Below are positions 39,187-49,608 of a DNA stretch of 64,000 nt, in pieces. The stretch covers positions 5,634 through 69,633 of the forward strand of contig JAZKSG010000001.1 of the NCBI GenBank assembly GCA_036626215.1, read 5' to 3'. The notes below the pieces were generated by a model. It searched no databases, was not told the DNA's origin, and worked only from the letters and a program-made list of their open reading frames with translations. This DNA comes from Thermoplasmatota archaeon. Its GTDB lineage: Archaea > Thermoplasmatota > E2 > DHVEG-1. Each line of letters starts with the position of its first letter. Within the stretch, counting starts at the first letter, position 1. The position numbers and the translations under genes are program-made.

Positions 39187-41397
39187 ATGAATAAAGAGGA
39201 AATTACTTTAAAAATATCAGAAGCATTTCAACAAGATGTAGGCTACGGCAGAGCACGTATCGATAATCAAACACGTGTAGAACTCGACTTATCTATAGGA
39301 GATGTCATAGAAATAGAAGGACAAAAAACTACCGCTGCAGTCGTATGGAGAGCACACCCAACCGACGAGGGAAAGAAAATACTGCGCATAGATAATCTTA
39401 CACGTAAAAACTGTGGTGCCGGACTAGGAGACAGAGTGAAAGTAAGAAAAGCAGACATAAACGAAGCTAAACAAGTAACTCTTGCACCTCTTATATCCAA
39501 AGGTCAACAGATACAATTTGGCAGAGGGATAGACAACCTAATCAAAAAAGGACTTCTTAAAAGACCTCTAACCAAAGGAGATAACGTCATAATCCCTGGT
39601 ATAGCCTTATTCGGGAGTTCGCTCCCTTTTGTCATAATCAACACCAACCCTAGCGGCATAGTATCAATTAACGAAAATACTAACATCAAAGTTAAAGAAG
39701 AAGCTGCCAAAACAGAGGATATGGAAGGACCAAGCGTAAGCTACGAAGACATCGGAGGTCTGAACGAAGAGATATCTAGAGTGCGTGAAATGATAGAGCT
39801 GCCTCTAAAACATCCAGAGTTGTTTGACCGACTGGGTATAGACCCGCCAAAAGGAGTTTTACTACATGGTCCTCCAGGAACAGGAAAAACACTGATAGCA
39901 AAGGCAGTGGCAAACGAATCCGGGGCAAACTTCTACACAATAAACGGCCCCGAAATCATGAGTAAATACTATGGGCAGAGTGAAGAAAATCTAAGGAAAA
40001 TTTTTGATGAGGCAGAAAAAAATGCGCCATCAATTGTTTTCATAGACGAAATCGATGCAATAGCCAGTAAAAGAGCTGAAACACACGGAGAAGTAGAAAA
40101 ACGTGTAGTGTCGCAACTTCTAACACTGATGGATGGGTTAAAAGGAAGAGGGAAAGTCATTGTTATAGGAGCCACAAACATACCAGATCAAGTAGACCCC
40201 GCACTTCGCCGGCCAGGCCGATTTGACCGAGAAATACGAATCGATGCACCAGATCGAGGAGGACGTAAAGAAATTCTACAAATACACACCCGTGGTATGC
40301 CAAAAGCAGAAAATATAGACCTTGAACAGCTAGCTGATATCACCTATGGATATGTAGGAGCAGACCTTGCAGCTCTTGCAAGAGAATCAGCGATGAATTC
40401 ACTTAGAAGATACCTACCCGAAATAAACCTAGACGAACCCATACCTGTAGACGTCCTAGAAAAAATGGAAGTCAACATGGATGATTTTAAAGAGGCACAT
40501 CGTGGTATCGAACCATCCGCGATGAGAGAATTTATTGTACAGGTACCAAAAGTATCGTGGGAAGACGTAGGTGGGTTAGAAAACGTTAAACAACAGTTGC
40601 GCGAAGCAGTAGAATGGCCGCTAACCAAAAAAGAAGTCTTTGAAAGAATGGGTATAGAAACACCAAGCGGAATTTTACTTTACGGCCCACCCGGAACTGG
40701 AAAAACATTACTAGCGAAAGCAGTGGCGCATGAATCAAAAGCTAATTTCATTTCAATAAAAGGACCAGAAGTTATGAGCAAATGGGTAGGCGAAAGTGAA
40801 AAAGCAGTAAGAGAATTATTCAAAAAAGCTCGACAGGTTGCACCAACCATAGTTTTCCTTGATGAACTAGACAGCATCGCTCCTCAGAGAGGCACCCACA
40901 CTGGCTCCCATGTCACAGATAGTGTGGTAAACCAACTGCTGACGAGTATCGACGGACTTGAAAGCATGGAAGGAGTCGTTGTAGTCGGTGCTACAAACAG
41001 ACCCGATATAATTGATCCCGGTCTGTTGAGACCTGGCCGTTTCGATAGACTTATATCTATTCCTTCACCAGATCGAAAAGCAAGATTAGAGATACTTAAA
41101 ATCCATACACGTCGTATGCCAATCGCAGATGACGTAGATCTAGAAGAATTAGCCGATAAAACAGAGAATTATTCAGGCGCAGACATTGAAGCATTATGCC
41201 GAGAGGCAGCAATGATAGCAATAAGACAGGACGAAAACGCTGATAAAGTAGAGATGAAACACTTTGATGAAGCCATGGAAAGTGTTAGAGCATCTATAAC
41301 CCCAGATATGAAAAACTTCTATGAGAAAATGTCTGGAGATCTTGGCAAGGGTGTAGCAAACAAAGACATAGAAAAAAGACAGTTAGATGTAGCCTAA
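39187..41397 (+). CDS. cdc48: CDC48/VCP-like AAA+ ATPase (two AAA domains)
   Basis: ~736 aa from ATG 39187. The tracked ORF starts 33 nt earlier at 39154. N-domain [22 protein letters not shown]1 and D2 Walker [10 protein letters not shown] twice. Walker B IVFIDEID / [11 protein letters not shown] motifs present. Confidence 0.9.
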   Translation: MNKEEITLKISEAFQQDVGYGRARIDNQTRVELDLSIGDVIEIEGQKTTAAVVWRAHPTDEGKKILRIDNLTRKNCGAGLGDRVKVRKADINEAKQVTLAPLISKGQQIQFGRGIDNLIKKGLLKRPLTKGDNVIIPGIALFGSSLPFVIINTNPSGIVSINENTNIKVKEEAAKTEDMEGPSVSYEDIGGLNEEISRVREMIELPLKHPELFDRLGIDPPKGVLLHGPPGTGKTLIAKAVANESGANFYTINGPEIMSKYYGQSEENLRKIFDEAEKNAPSIVFIDEIDAIASKRAETHGEVEKRVVSQLLTLMDGLKGRGKVIVIGATNIPDQVDPALRRPGRFDREIRIDAPDRGGRKEILQIHTRGMPKAENIDLEQLADITYGYVGADLAALARESAMNSLRRYLPEINLDEPIPVDVLEKMEVNMDDFKEAHRGIEPSAMREFIVQVPKVSWEDVGGLENVKQQLREAVEWPLTKKEVFERMGIETPSGILLYGPPGTGKTLLAKAVAHESKANFISIKGPEVMSKWVGESEKAVRELFKKARQVAPTIVFLDELDSIAPQRGTHTGSHVTDSVVNQLLTSIDGLESMEGVVVVGATNRPDIIDPGLLRPGRFDRLISIPSPDRKARLEILKIHTRRMPIADDVDLEELADKTENYSGADIEALCREAAMIAIRQDENADKVEMKHFDEAMESVRASITPDMKNFYEKMSGDLGKGVANKDIEKRQLDVA

Positions 41398-41424
41398 AAT
41401 AAAACAGTTGTTCTCTACTCTTCT

Positions 41425-41447
41425 CTACTCTTTTTTTCTATTTTTAG
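41425..41447 (+). terminator. Oligo-T terminator candidate after cdc48, preceded by direct repeat CTCTACTCTTCTCTACTC
   Basis: ctctactcttctctactctttttttctattttt. Confidence 0.3.
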
Positions 41448-41519
41448 GGAAAAAGGATAAAAATAGATACTTCTATTCAATATACGAGATTCATTATAAA
41501 ATAAAGGAGGTAAAAAAAT

Positions 41520-41756
41520 ATGAAAATCACCGAAGATGAACTAAGAGGAAAAACAGTCATGAGTGAAGAAGGACTTTATCTAGGGGTTATGCGTAATTCA
41601 ACTACGGATAAAAAAACAGGTGAACTTGTAAACATTTTAGTAGAACCTTCAGAAGATGTAGACCCGAGACTTTATCATTTGGATGATGGGGGGAATCTTA
41701 TATTTCCATTCAAATCAATAAAATCAGTAAAAGACGTTATAATAATTGGTAACTAA
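41520..41756 (+). CDS. PRC-barrel domain protein
   Basis: 78 aa. LRGKTVMSEEGLYLGVMRNSTTDKKTGELVNILVEP. Upstream aaggagg SD. Confidence 0.5.
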   Translation: MKITEDELRGKTVMSEEGLYLGVMRNSTTDKKTGELVNILVEPSEDVDPRLYHLDDGGNLIFPFKSIKSVKDVIIIGN

Positions 41757-41921
41757 AACCAGTTTGCAGTTTGAAAATATAATTCATAAACCCTATCTTT
41801 TAGACTTTTTCTTAAAAATTTTACGTTTTTTTTTTGATAGATTTATAGTCTTCTATCTATCATGCAACATGATTTTTTTCCTAAAATTTTATCTAGAATA
41901 GAGAATAGTACGATAAAAGAG

Positions 41922-41946
41922 ACACCCCTTCATTTCGACTGGAAGA
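41922..41946 (-). promoter_or_regulatory. Origin recognition box (ORB), minus orientation
   Basis: Reverse complement reads TCTTCCAGTCGAAATGAAGGGGTGT. This matches the archaeal ORB consensus (TCCAGTGGAAA...GGGGT) with a terminal G-string. Confidence 0.65.
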
Positions 41947-42127
41947 GGATCAATGGCGGGGTATAGTTTCATATATAATATGTAAGACGTAAGTATAGAC
42001 AGCAACGTATTCGTTTAATGGTATTTCAATATTCTCATTTTTAAAAATATATTAATAGACAAATCTTTTTATTTTTTATTCAAAATCACAAAATTTGACA
42101 CTTTTTTGGCAACCCACACATTTTTCT

Positions 42128-42148
42128 TTTCCACATGAAACAAAGGCC
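42128..42148 (+). promoter_or_regulatory. mini-ORB-like element
   Basis: TTTCCACATGAAACAAAGGCC has the TCCA...GAAAC core but no G-string. Confidence 0.4.
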
Positions 42149-42264
42149 TATCCCATTATTGTTTTAACCAACTAATATTATAAACTAAAATCAATTTTTT
42201 AAGGAGTACCCTCCTAGAGATAGGTACTGAAAAATATAAACAAGTTTTTAATACCACCCTCCCA

Positions 42265-42288
42265 TTACACATGAAATGAAGGGGGAAT
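42265..42288 (+). promoter_or_regulatory. Origin recognition box (ORB), plus orientation, abutting orc1 start
   Basis: TTACACATGAAATGAAGGGGGAAT shares GAAATGAAGGGG exactly with the inverted ORB at 41922-41946. Confidence 0.6.
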
Positions 42289-42291
42289 ATT

Positions 42292-43554
42292 TTGGCGAAT
42301 AAGAAAAACACTGTTAACAGTGACATATTTGGTAGACTACTAAAATCTAACGGTATTTTTATGAACCGTGAGGCAATGCGCCCATCTTACATGCCTGATG
42401 TTTTACCACATAGGGAAAAAGAAATAGATAACTTAGCTTCTGTTCTTGTACCTGCTCTAAGAGGAGAAACACCTTCAAATGTTTTCATATATGGTAAAAC
42501 TGGAACTGGAAAAACAGCAGTTACTAAGTTTCTAGGGAAAGAACTTTTGAAGAAAGGTGAAGAAACAGGAAAAGACGTTAATTTTATTTATATTAACTGT
42601 GAAGTGGTCGACACACAATATCGTCTTCTCCAGAACATAACTAATCATTTTATTGAAGAGTGGTCTGAAAGAATTCCTTTTACCGGTTGGCCAACTGACC
42701 AAGTTTTTGCTAAGCTTAAAAAGATGATTGAAAAAAACGGTGGAGTAGCTGTCATCATACTCGATGAAATTGACAAGTTAAAAGGAGATGAAGCTCTCTA
42801 TAATCTTTCACGTATCAACAGCGACCTACAAAACGCCAAAGTTTCTATTGTAGGAATTTCAAATGATCTTAAATTCACTGAGTTTCTTGATCCACGGGTA
42901 AAATCTAGTCTCGGTGAAGAAAATATGATTTTTCCACCCTATAACGCTGGAGAACTACAAGACATTCTGCATCAAAGGGTAGATATTGCGTTGAGAGATA
43001 ACGCAGTAAGCGATGATGTGATCCCTCTCTGTGCTGCTCTTGCTGCACAGGAACATGGTGATGCCCGTAGAGCATTAGACCTTCTTCGTATGAGTGCTGA
43101 ACTTGTGGAACGAAGTGATTCTCCTAAAGTTACAAAAAAATTTGTTCGACTAGCTCAAAACAAGATAGAAGTAGATCGTGTTATAGAAGTAGTTAGAACA
43201 CTTCCCACTCAATCTAAACTTATCCTATTCGCTATTTTGTTGCAAGAAAAGCACAACAAGAAGACTGAGTCAGCTGCTGCTATAACTACAGGAGAGGTCT
43301 ATAGCGTCTATAAAAACCTTTGTAAAAGAACTCGGACAGATTGTTTAACCCAGCGAAGGGTGGCAGATCTTATTTCTGAGTTGGATATGCTTGGCATAAT
43401 TACAGCAAGGGTAATATCTAAGGGTAGATATGGCCGGACACGTGAAATCAAGATGTCTTCTTCTTCTGAAGAAATCGCTGATATTCTTAAGGAAGATGAG
43501 GTTTTTGAAGATCTATCTAATTATAAATTCCATGGACAGGCAAGATTGATTTAA
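42292..43554 (+). CDS. orc1: Orc1/Cdc6 replication initiator
   Basis: 420 aa with a TTG start. Walker A YGKTGTGKTA. Walker B VIILDEID. Sensor and C-terminal winged-helix region present. Confidence 0.9.
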   Translation: MANKKNTVNSDIFGRLLKSNGIFMNREAMRPSYMPDVLPHREKEIDNLASVLVPALRGETPSNVFIYGKTGTGKTAVTKFLGKELLKKGEETGKDVNFIYINCEVVDTQYRLLQNITNHFIEEWSERIPFTGWPTDQVFAKLKKMIEKNGGVAVIILDEIDKLKGDEALYNLSRINSDLQNAKVSIVGISNDLKFTEFLDPRVKSSLGEENMIFPPYNAGELQDILHQRVDIALRDNAVSDDVIPLCAALAAQEHGDARRALDLLRMSAELVERSDSPKVTKKFVRLAQNKIEVDRVIEVVRTLPTQSKLILFAILLQEKHNKKTESAAAITTGEVYSVYKNLCKRTRTDCLTQRRVADLISELDMLGIITARVISKGRYGRTREIKMSSSSEEIADILKEDEVFEDLSNYKFHGQARLI

Positions 43555-44009
43555 AAGATAGAAAATTTTCTTTTCCCTTTTTCATTTTATTTCATATTTT
43601 TTCTAAAAAACATTTTAAAAAATCTTGATTAAAAGTGTAATTAAGGGGGCCGGGGAAATTACAGTTTTTTTGTTGTTATCATGAAAGCCATGATTTCTTT
43701 TTGTTAGGAATCGGGAATTTTGGTAAGCCCCATCCTTTTACCCTCTCTTTCTTCTTTAACTCGTTCCACCGGTTTTCCCCCAAAAATTTACAAATAGAAT
43801 GTAATACGGAACGCATTATTAAACTTTTACAAATAAATTGATGCCGCCGTTGATAAGATAATGTTAGACTTAGAAACTATGCCTAAAATGCCAAAGCAAC
43901 GATTAATATCTGGGCATAATAAATATTTACTTTTATGTAACAAAGTTTATAAAATATAAAAACAAATATTATTATAGAAAGATATAATAAAATGATGGAT
44001 TGAAGGTAT

Positions 44010-44459
44010 ATGATAAAAAATAAAGAAATCATTGGACCGTTAATTATGACATTTCTTTTGATATCACTGTTTTGTATAATGCCTGTTTCTTCAGAAAAAG
44101 AAAAAAATTTTAAAAAAGAAGAGTTAAACAACTCAGGTATATTCGATAAACTTTCGGTTTTTTGCAAGATTAATTCTTCTGGGAAAGCCAGAATAGTAAC
44201 TGGAGGGGAAGGGTATCCTTCAAAGAATTCAAGTTTGACTATACTTATAGATATAGATTGCAGCGGAGAAGAATCCTACGGGGAGACTAATATAACCCCT
44301 ATGCTTGGATATGCTCCTTGGAATAAAAAAATAAATGGATCACATAGACTCATAATTTGGGGTTTCTGGGGTGATTTTCAGCGAGAAAATCTTGAAACCT
44401 CATCTGGACCCGTAGATTATACTTTGAATGGAAAAGCTCTATTTGTCCAAATAATATAA
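44010..44459 (+). CDS. Small secreted hypothetical protein
   Basis: 149 aa. Signal/TM IIGPLIMTFLLISLFCIMPVSS. No motif. Confidence 0.3.
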   Translation: MIKNKEIIGPLIMTFLLISLFCIMPVSSEKEKNFKKEELNNSGIFDKLSVFCKINSSGKARIVTGGEGYPSKNSSLTILIDIDCSGEESYGETNITPMLGYAPWNKKINGSHRLIIWGFWGDFQRENLETSSGPVDYTLNGKALFVQII

Positions 44460-44515
44460 AAAAACACATATTTTTTCTGTAAATATCTATAAAGAAATAA
44501 TAAAGAGGATGTTTT

Positions 44516-46537
44516 TTATTGCGGGTATCCTCCAATTTTTAGGCTCGGGTCTCCAAGTAAAACCCATTGTTGAACTGTTTTAGCATGACCTGCAGGGACA
44601 TCTGACATGTCGAAAGTGTCAACATAGGTTTTTATTGATTCCATGAAAGCTTCTCCCAGTATTTCGTGGCCATGTTCACCATATTGTCTAAAGAATTCTA
44701 TAGTTATCCATCCGTCCCCACCATCAGTTGTGGATATTTTACCTATACGTCCATATCCTAATCCGGTGTTTCCTATAGTGGCTATAGCTCCCCCTTCTTT
44801 CAAACGTACAATATTCCAGCTGAAACATTCAGGTACAGGTGAACCATATGTCCACATCTGGTTGTCTTTTCCAAGCTGATAGTATAAGATGTGCATGATA
44901 GTTGGAATTAATGACACGTTGAACTGACTGTTATGGCATCCTCCTATAACCATCACAGGTAGCTTATCATCATTAGAAAGTTTATTCATTGGGTAATACG
45001 GGCGGTCAAGGAAGGATTTGAGTCTGTGTGGTTTTAGAGTTGTTACACGTAGACCTGTAACACTACCACCACTACGATCTCCTGGTACGCCGGGGTAATG
45101 GTCTGCCCAAACATTAGGGCTTCCATGTCCGGACATAAATACAAAACCATTTCCTTCGTTTAATGCCTCCATGACATCTTTTTCACCGGAGAAGCCGCCG
45201 TTTGAAGCCCAGAGTATATTCTTTTTGAATTCATCTGGCATATAGTATAATGCTCCTCCTCTACCCATCAGTTTTTTGTCGCCAGTTACCCATTCACCTT
45301 CATAGTACATTTCGGTGTTGTTTCTCCATTCGTTGAAAACCTTCTCACCGTCTTCGTTCTCTACCCATATATGCATATTTGTTGTGTTTCCATATGGTTT
45401 TGGGTCATATGATTTACCCCGTATATGCATTGTTTTGTTTTCGTAGCTGACGTTTGCCCAACCTGTAAATTCATTACAATAATCATTTGCTTGTGGGTCA
45501 AAAGATACATCATCTTTCCCTAAGACATCTCCATCTGATGGTGAAGTAATCTCTGCTATTGGTAGGGCAGGATATTGATTCACCTGTAGATTATCGTCAT
45601 GATTGAAAGTAACAGATGATTCTGATGAATGATTAACAGTTACTTTAACTATATCCAGATTTCCTTTTACTCCTTCTTTGTTGGTGCTTTGTCCATAAAT
45701 AGTATATTCACCAGATGGTAGACCACTACTGTTCCATTGGAAATCAAGGTCTTCTTGATCGAGGAAACCATCCCCGGATACCACTGTCATCTTTTTAAAC
45801 CATTCTTTTCCATACGTATTTTTCTCATAGTGAATTATTTTATCTACAACGTTTTTTACCTCTAGACGATTTCTGCATGCTAGACGACCAACTGCTATCT
45901 CTGGCGAGTAGTCTATGCCGCTGTCGTTTTTTTCAACACCAGGTTTATCATATACTGCAAAATAATCATCATTATTTGGATCCCAGCTGCTGAAAGTATC
46001 ATTTTCATCATATATATCTGCGTAGTATAAATCACTTATTACACCAGGGTCGTGAACATCTGAGGCAGATGCTGTAACAGTATTCAACGGATGCTTAGGG
46101 TTGTCATAAAAATTGGTATAACGAACAGGAACATACCAATGATCTGCTCCATAGTTTGCTGTGTCTCTAGGCCTAGCATATATTTTTGATTTTAAACCTC
46201 CAACCAGCAATAGGTATTTGATATTCCATTCATCATAGGCATGTTTCACAAAATATTTGATTTTCTCTGGTTTGTCTCGGCCGTCGTAGTTTTGATAGAT
46301 GTTGTCTGTCGTCTCCATAATTGTTTTTATGCCCATTTCTTCTTTATGATCAACTAACCTTTGTAATTGCCGGGTAAACGTTTTGTGGGTAATTATCAGC
46401 AAATCATATTCTGAATTTGTTGATGATTTTTCTATATTGTTACTCGTTGTTTCATTTGACTCTATTGCGAAAGCCCCAGCTGCGTTCAATAAAAACAGGC
46501 CTGCCACCAAAATAGGCAGTATTTTTTTTATATTCAT
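44516..46537 (-). CDS. Secreted clan-CD-like cysteine peptidase (gingipain C25 / clostripain C11-like) with C-terminal beta-rich extension
   Basis: 673 aa. Signal peptide MNIKKILPILVAGLFLLNAAGAFA. Candidate His-Gly / Cys dyad: FVFMSGHGSPNVW ... VMVIGGCHNSQFN, each preceded by a hydrophobic beta-strand, as in clan CD. Confidence 0.4.
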   Translation of the reverse strand: MNIKKILPILVAGLFLLNAAGAFAIESNETTSNNIEKSSTNSEYDLLIITHKTFTRQLQRLVDHKEEMGIKTIMETTDNIYQNYDGRDKPEKIKYFVKHAYDEWNIKYLLLVGGLKSKIYARPRDTANYGADHWYVPVRYTNFYDNPKHPLNTVTASASDVHDPGVISDLYYADIYDENDTFSSWDPNNDDYFAVYDKPGVEKNDSGIDYSPEIAVGRLACRNRLEVKNVVDKIIHYEKNTYGKEWFKKMTVVSGDGFLDQEDLDFQWNSSGLPSGEYTIYGQSTNKEGVKGNLDIVKVTVNHSSESSVTFNHDDNLQVNQYPALPIAEITSPSDGDVLGKDDVSFDPQANDYCNEFTGWANVSYENKTMHIRGKSYDPKPYGNTTNMHIWVENEDGEKVFNEWRNNTEMYYEGEWVTGDKKLMGRGGALYYMPDEFKKNILWASNGGFSGEKDVMEALNEGNGFVFMSGHGSPNVWADHYPGVPGDRSGGSVTGLRVTTLKPHRLKSFLDRPYYPMNKLSNDDKLPVMVIGGCHNSQFNVSLIPTIMHILYYQLGKDNQMWTYGSPVPECFSWNIVRLKEGGAIATIGNTGLGYGRIGKISTTDGGDGWITIEFFRQYGEHGHEILGEAFMESIKTYVDTFDMSDVPAGHAKTVQQWVLLGDPSLKIGGYPQ

Positions 46538-46620
46538 TTCTATAGCCTCCCTACTAATTCAAAATTATTAATAATATAATTGCTTATAAATATTATGTAT
46601 GTTTTTTCAAATACCAGTTT

Positions 46621-48096
46621 TTATAGAGATAACTCTCCTTTTCTAAGAGCTTCTACCGGTGGGAGCATAGATGCTTTTTTAGCAGGTATAGCTGCTGCTA
46701 ATACTGACAAAAGTACAGGTAGGAGCAAAGCCACCAACAAGGTAAGCCAGTTAACTATAAAACCAATTTTCAGTTGTGTGCCTGCAATAAACTCTACGCT
46801 TAGACCATACCAGTTAACTATATTCATTACAATCAAAGAGAGAACAATCCCAACCACACCAGCTATAAAACCGATTATTAACCCCTGGTATAAAAATATT
46901 TTAAATATCGTCCTATCACGCGCTCCAAATGCTTTTAAACTCCCTATTTCTCGGGTTTTCCGCATTATAATTGAACCCATCACATATTTTATTGCTGCTC
47001 CGCATAAGAACAATGTAACTCCTATGCTTCCCCAGAGCATAATTGTTACAACATCTTGCATGCTCCCTGTGATATATATCAAAAAATCATGCCAGCTAAA
47101 AACTTTATAATTTGGTACAGCATCACTAATCTCTTCTTTTATCTCCTGGGAGCGCCCTGCAGGATTTAGCCTGTGTAAAGGCTCTGGTGCTTTAACTAAT
47201 ACGGCATCTCCTCGGCTTCTATCTACTTCTATGGGGTGGTATCCTTTAAATGTTCCAACCCCCGGGATATACCAATCTTTACCAGTTATTTCCCCGTATC
47301 CTTTGATTTCTCTTACGCTGTCGGCATGCATAAACCATATCATAGCTTCCAATGTTGGCGTTCCGCTAGTGTATAACCCAATTACTTTTACAGGTACGGT
47401 TGCATAACTGGCTTGATTTCCGGAAACACTTAGCGTTAAGGATATTGTTTTACCTACATCTATATACGGATGGATTTTAGCTGCAGTTTCACCTACAATA
47501 ATAGGATAAGGTTCTTCGTTCTCAAACGGTTTTTCGCTACTTCCATATGTAAAATCTGGGAGATCACCAGGTCCTTTAACTTCTATATATAATGGTGTGT
47601 GCCCTCGCAAAACAGGGTCATTTTCTCGAAAAAAACGTCCTTTAACTATTTTATCCTGTATGTTAGAAACAAGTTTTTCTTTTTCTGGGTTGATCCCTTG
47701 GACTGTACAGGCATCCATCATGCCTTCTTCAGCTCCCAAACCATAAGCTCCTTGAGCCGTTACTCTGATACTTGTCATATACTCAGGAAATCTATTTTCG
47801 ATTTTTTTTGCTATTTCGCCTGCATCCTTTAATTCAGGCTCTGTACCATATATGTCTCTGGCATTGCAGCTTGGATCAACGATTATTGCGTCACTGGTAA
47901 CCAGTTTTGTAGTGTCATCAACTACTTGCATCATATAGTTTAGATATGCGTTTTCCAACATGAAGGAAGACATAGTCAACGCTATAACTAAGATAATAAC
48001 TCCATAAATCCGTTTATGGTCTCTTAATTCACCAATTGCGAGACGGCTACTAACACCCAATTTTAAACTCCCTCCTTCCTTCTGAGTTAGAATCAT
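46621..48096 (-). CDS. ABC transporter permease, FtsX/MacB-like (large extracytoplasmic domain)
   Basis: N-terminal TM, ~250-aa extracytoplasmic domain, then a C-terminal 3-TM FtsX domain (FKIFLYQGLIIGFIAGVVGIVLSLIV...). Start is ambiguous: ATG 48096, or TTG 48060 preceded by GGAGG. It overlaps the ATPase gene end. Confidence 0.7.
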   Translation of the reverse strand: MILTQKEGGSLKLGVSSRLAIGELRDHKRIYGVIILVIALTMSSFMLENAYLNYMMQVVDDTTKLVTSDAIIVDPSCNARDIYGTEPELKDAGEIAKKIENRFPEYMTSIRVTAQGAYGLGAEEGMMDACTVQGINPEKEKLVSNIQDKIVKGRFFRENDPVLRGHTPLYIEVKGPGDLPDFTYGSSEKPFENEEPYPIIVGETAAKIHPYIDVGKTISLTLSVSGNQASYATVPVKVIGLYTSGTPTLEAMIWFMHADSVREIKGYGEITGKDWYIPGVGTFKGYHPIEVDRSRGDAVLVKAPEPLHRLNPAGRSQEIKEEISDAVPNYKVFSWHDFLIYITGSMQDVVTIMLWGSIGVTLFLCGAAIKYVMGSIIMRKTREIGSLKAFGARDRTIFKIFLYQGLIIGFIAGVVGIVLSLIVMNIVNWYGLSVEFIAGTQLKIGFIVNWLTLLVALLLPVLLSVLAAAIPAKKASMLPPVEALRKGELSL

Positions 48097-48784
48097 CAAC
48101 GATTTTACCGTCTTGTAATGTTATCGTACGTCTGCCATATCTCGAAATATTTTCTTCATGGGAAACAAATACATAAGTCACGTTTCTTTTTTTATTGAGT
48201 TTAACTAACAGCTTCATAATGGCTTTGCTGCTTTCTGAGTCTAAGGCCCCTGTTGGTTCATCAGCTAAAACTATTACAGGGTCATTAATCAAAGCTCTAG
48301 CTATAGCCACACGTTGCTGTTCTCCTCCAGAGAGATGTATTCCTTTATGGTCTGCACGGTGTGAGATGCCCACATCTTTTAACAAAGATAAAGCTCTTTT
48401 TTTAAGCAAACCCTCATCTTTATTCATTATACGTCCAGGTAGCAAAATATTTTCTAGAACAGTTAAACGAGGAATCAAATTATAACTCTGGAAGACAAAA
48501 CCAATTTTTTCTCCTCTAAGTAGAGCTATCTCTTTACCACTTATCTTAGAAGCATCTTTACCTTCGACATAGAGGGTTCCTTTAGTTGGTTTATCTAACA
48601 GACCCATACAATGAAGAAGTGTTGATTTACCGCTGCCGGATGCACCAACTACAGATACAAATTCACCAGTATAAATCTTTAATGAAACATCATCTAAAGC
48701 CTTTACTTTGTTTCCATATTCTTTGTATATTTTAGAAATTTGCTCGAGGTGAAGAATCGGTTTTTTAGATGGCCTCTCTGGCAT
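48050..48784 (-). CDS. ABC transporter ATP-binding protein (MacB/LolD-like)
   Basis: 244 aa. Walker A GASGSGKST, signature LSGGEQQRVAIARAL, Walker B VLADEPTGALD. Confidence 0.9.
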   Translation of the reverse strand: MPERPSKKPILHLEQISKIYKEYGNKVKALDDVSLKIYTGEFVSVVGASGSGKSTLLHCMGLLDKPTKGTLYVEGKDASKISGKEIALLRGEKIGFVFQSYNLIPRLTVLENILLPGRIMNKDEGLLKKRALSLLKDVGISHRADHKGIHLSGGEQQRVAIARALINDPVIVLADEPTGALDSESSKAIMKLLVKLNKKRNVTYVFVSHEENISRYGRRTITLQDGKIVDDSNSEGRREFKIGC

Positions 48785-48883
48785 TAAGAAATCAAGTATA
48801 AAAAAAGGGATAAGACATATAAAAATTTAATGAGTAAATTATTATAAAAAGAATAATAAAATACGGAATATCTCTTTGTTTTT

Positions 48884-49165
48884 TTATCCTACGTAATGCG
48901 AAACACCTTTATCGTCATCCTCTTCTAAGTTTTCTTTTGCCTTTAATATGTCTATAGCGAGTATGACATGTAAAGGAATAATTCTTTTCTTTCCGGATAA
49001 CTCGTCATGATTTTCATCAAGCTCCATTAAGACGGCATTTTCATCTATCCCAATGGATATAAAACCTCTAAATATTCCTTGAGTTTCTATTGTTTTGTTT
49101 CTTCCACCTAATGAGGTTATCTTATATTCTGATCCTTCGGTTAGTTCCTTTTCTGCTTTTTTCAT
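48884..49165 (-). CDS. Hypothetical small acidic protein
   Basis: 93 aa. ATGA overlap with the upstream wHTH gene points to an operon. Confidence 0.3.
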   Translation of the reverse strand: MKKAEKELTEGSEYKITSLGGRNKTIETQGIFRGFISIGIDENAVLMELDENHDELSGKKRIIPLHVILAIDILKAKENLEEDDDKGVSHYVG

Positions 49166-49608
49166 TCTACTTCGCTCCTCTGTTTTTCAATTAAATTTTG
49201 GAGATGTTCAACAGTTTTTCCATAATTCTCTATAGCTACTTTAATGTGCGCTTCAACAAAATTCCAAGCTTTTTCCAGATTTCCATATCTTAAACGATAT
49301 GCCTTCTTGTTCTGTTGTGTATTTTCATCGAAGACTTGTATCTCTTCAAGTATATCTAAACCCTTCAATTTGTTCAGATGTCGGTATACGGTGGGTTTTG
49401 ATGTATCAAGATTGGATGCTATCTCTTCTACGTACCATGCTTTGGAGGGATGGCTAAGAAAGAAATCATTAAAAATTTTGAAAGGAATATCTGGATTTGA
49501 TCCTTTAGAAAGGTATCCTATTTGTTCAAAAAATTTTTTAGCTACCTCTTCAGGGTCATCTTCTCCAACTAACGGCGTGTTGCTAACAACTTTGATTTCA
49601 AATCCCAT
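49162..49608 (-). CDS. Winged-helix (ArsR/TrmB-like) transcription regulator
   Basis: 148 aa. WYVEEIASNLDTSKPTVYRHLNKLKGLDILEE is HTH recognition helix-like. Confidence 0.4.
   Translation of the reverse strand: MGFEIKVVSNTPLVGEDDPEEVAKKFFEQIGYLSKGSNPDIPFKIFNDFFLSHPSKAWYVEEIASNLDTSKPTVYRHLNKLKGLDILEEIQVFDENTQQNKKAYRLRYGNLEKAWNFVEAHIKVAIENYGKTVEHLQNLIEKQRSEVE

Larger units (their letters stand above)
41757..42291. other. Chromosomal replication origin (oriC) with inverted ORB elements flanking an AT-rich unwinding region
   Basis: 535-bp non-coding, very AT-rich region directly upstream of orc1/cdc6. See the ORB features and the oriC finding. Confidence 0.7.

Noticed and set aside
43883-44167. 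94-aa minus-strand ORF in the orc1-downstream intergenic region
   Set aside because: Ile/Phe/Leu-rich translation of AT-rich DNA that overlaps the start of the plus-strand secreted-protein gene. No coding signal.
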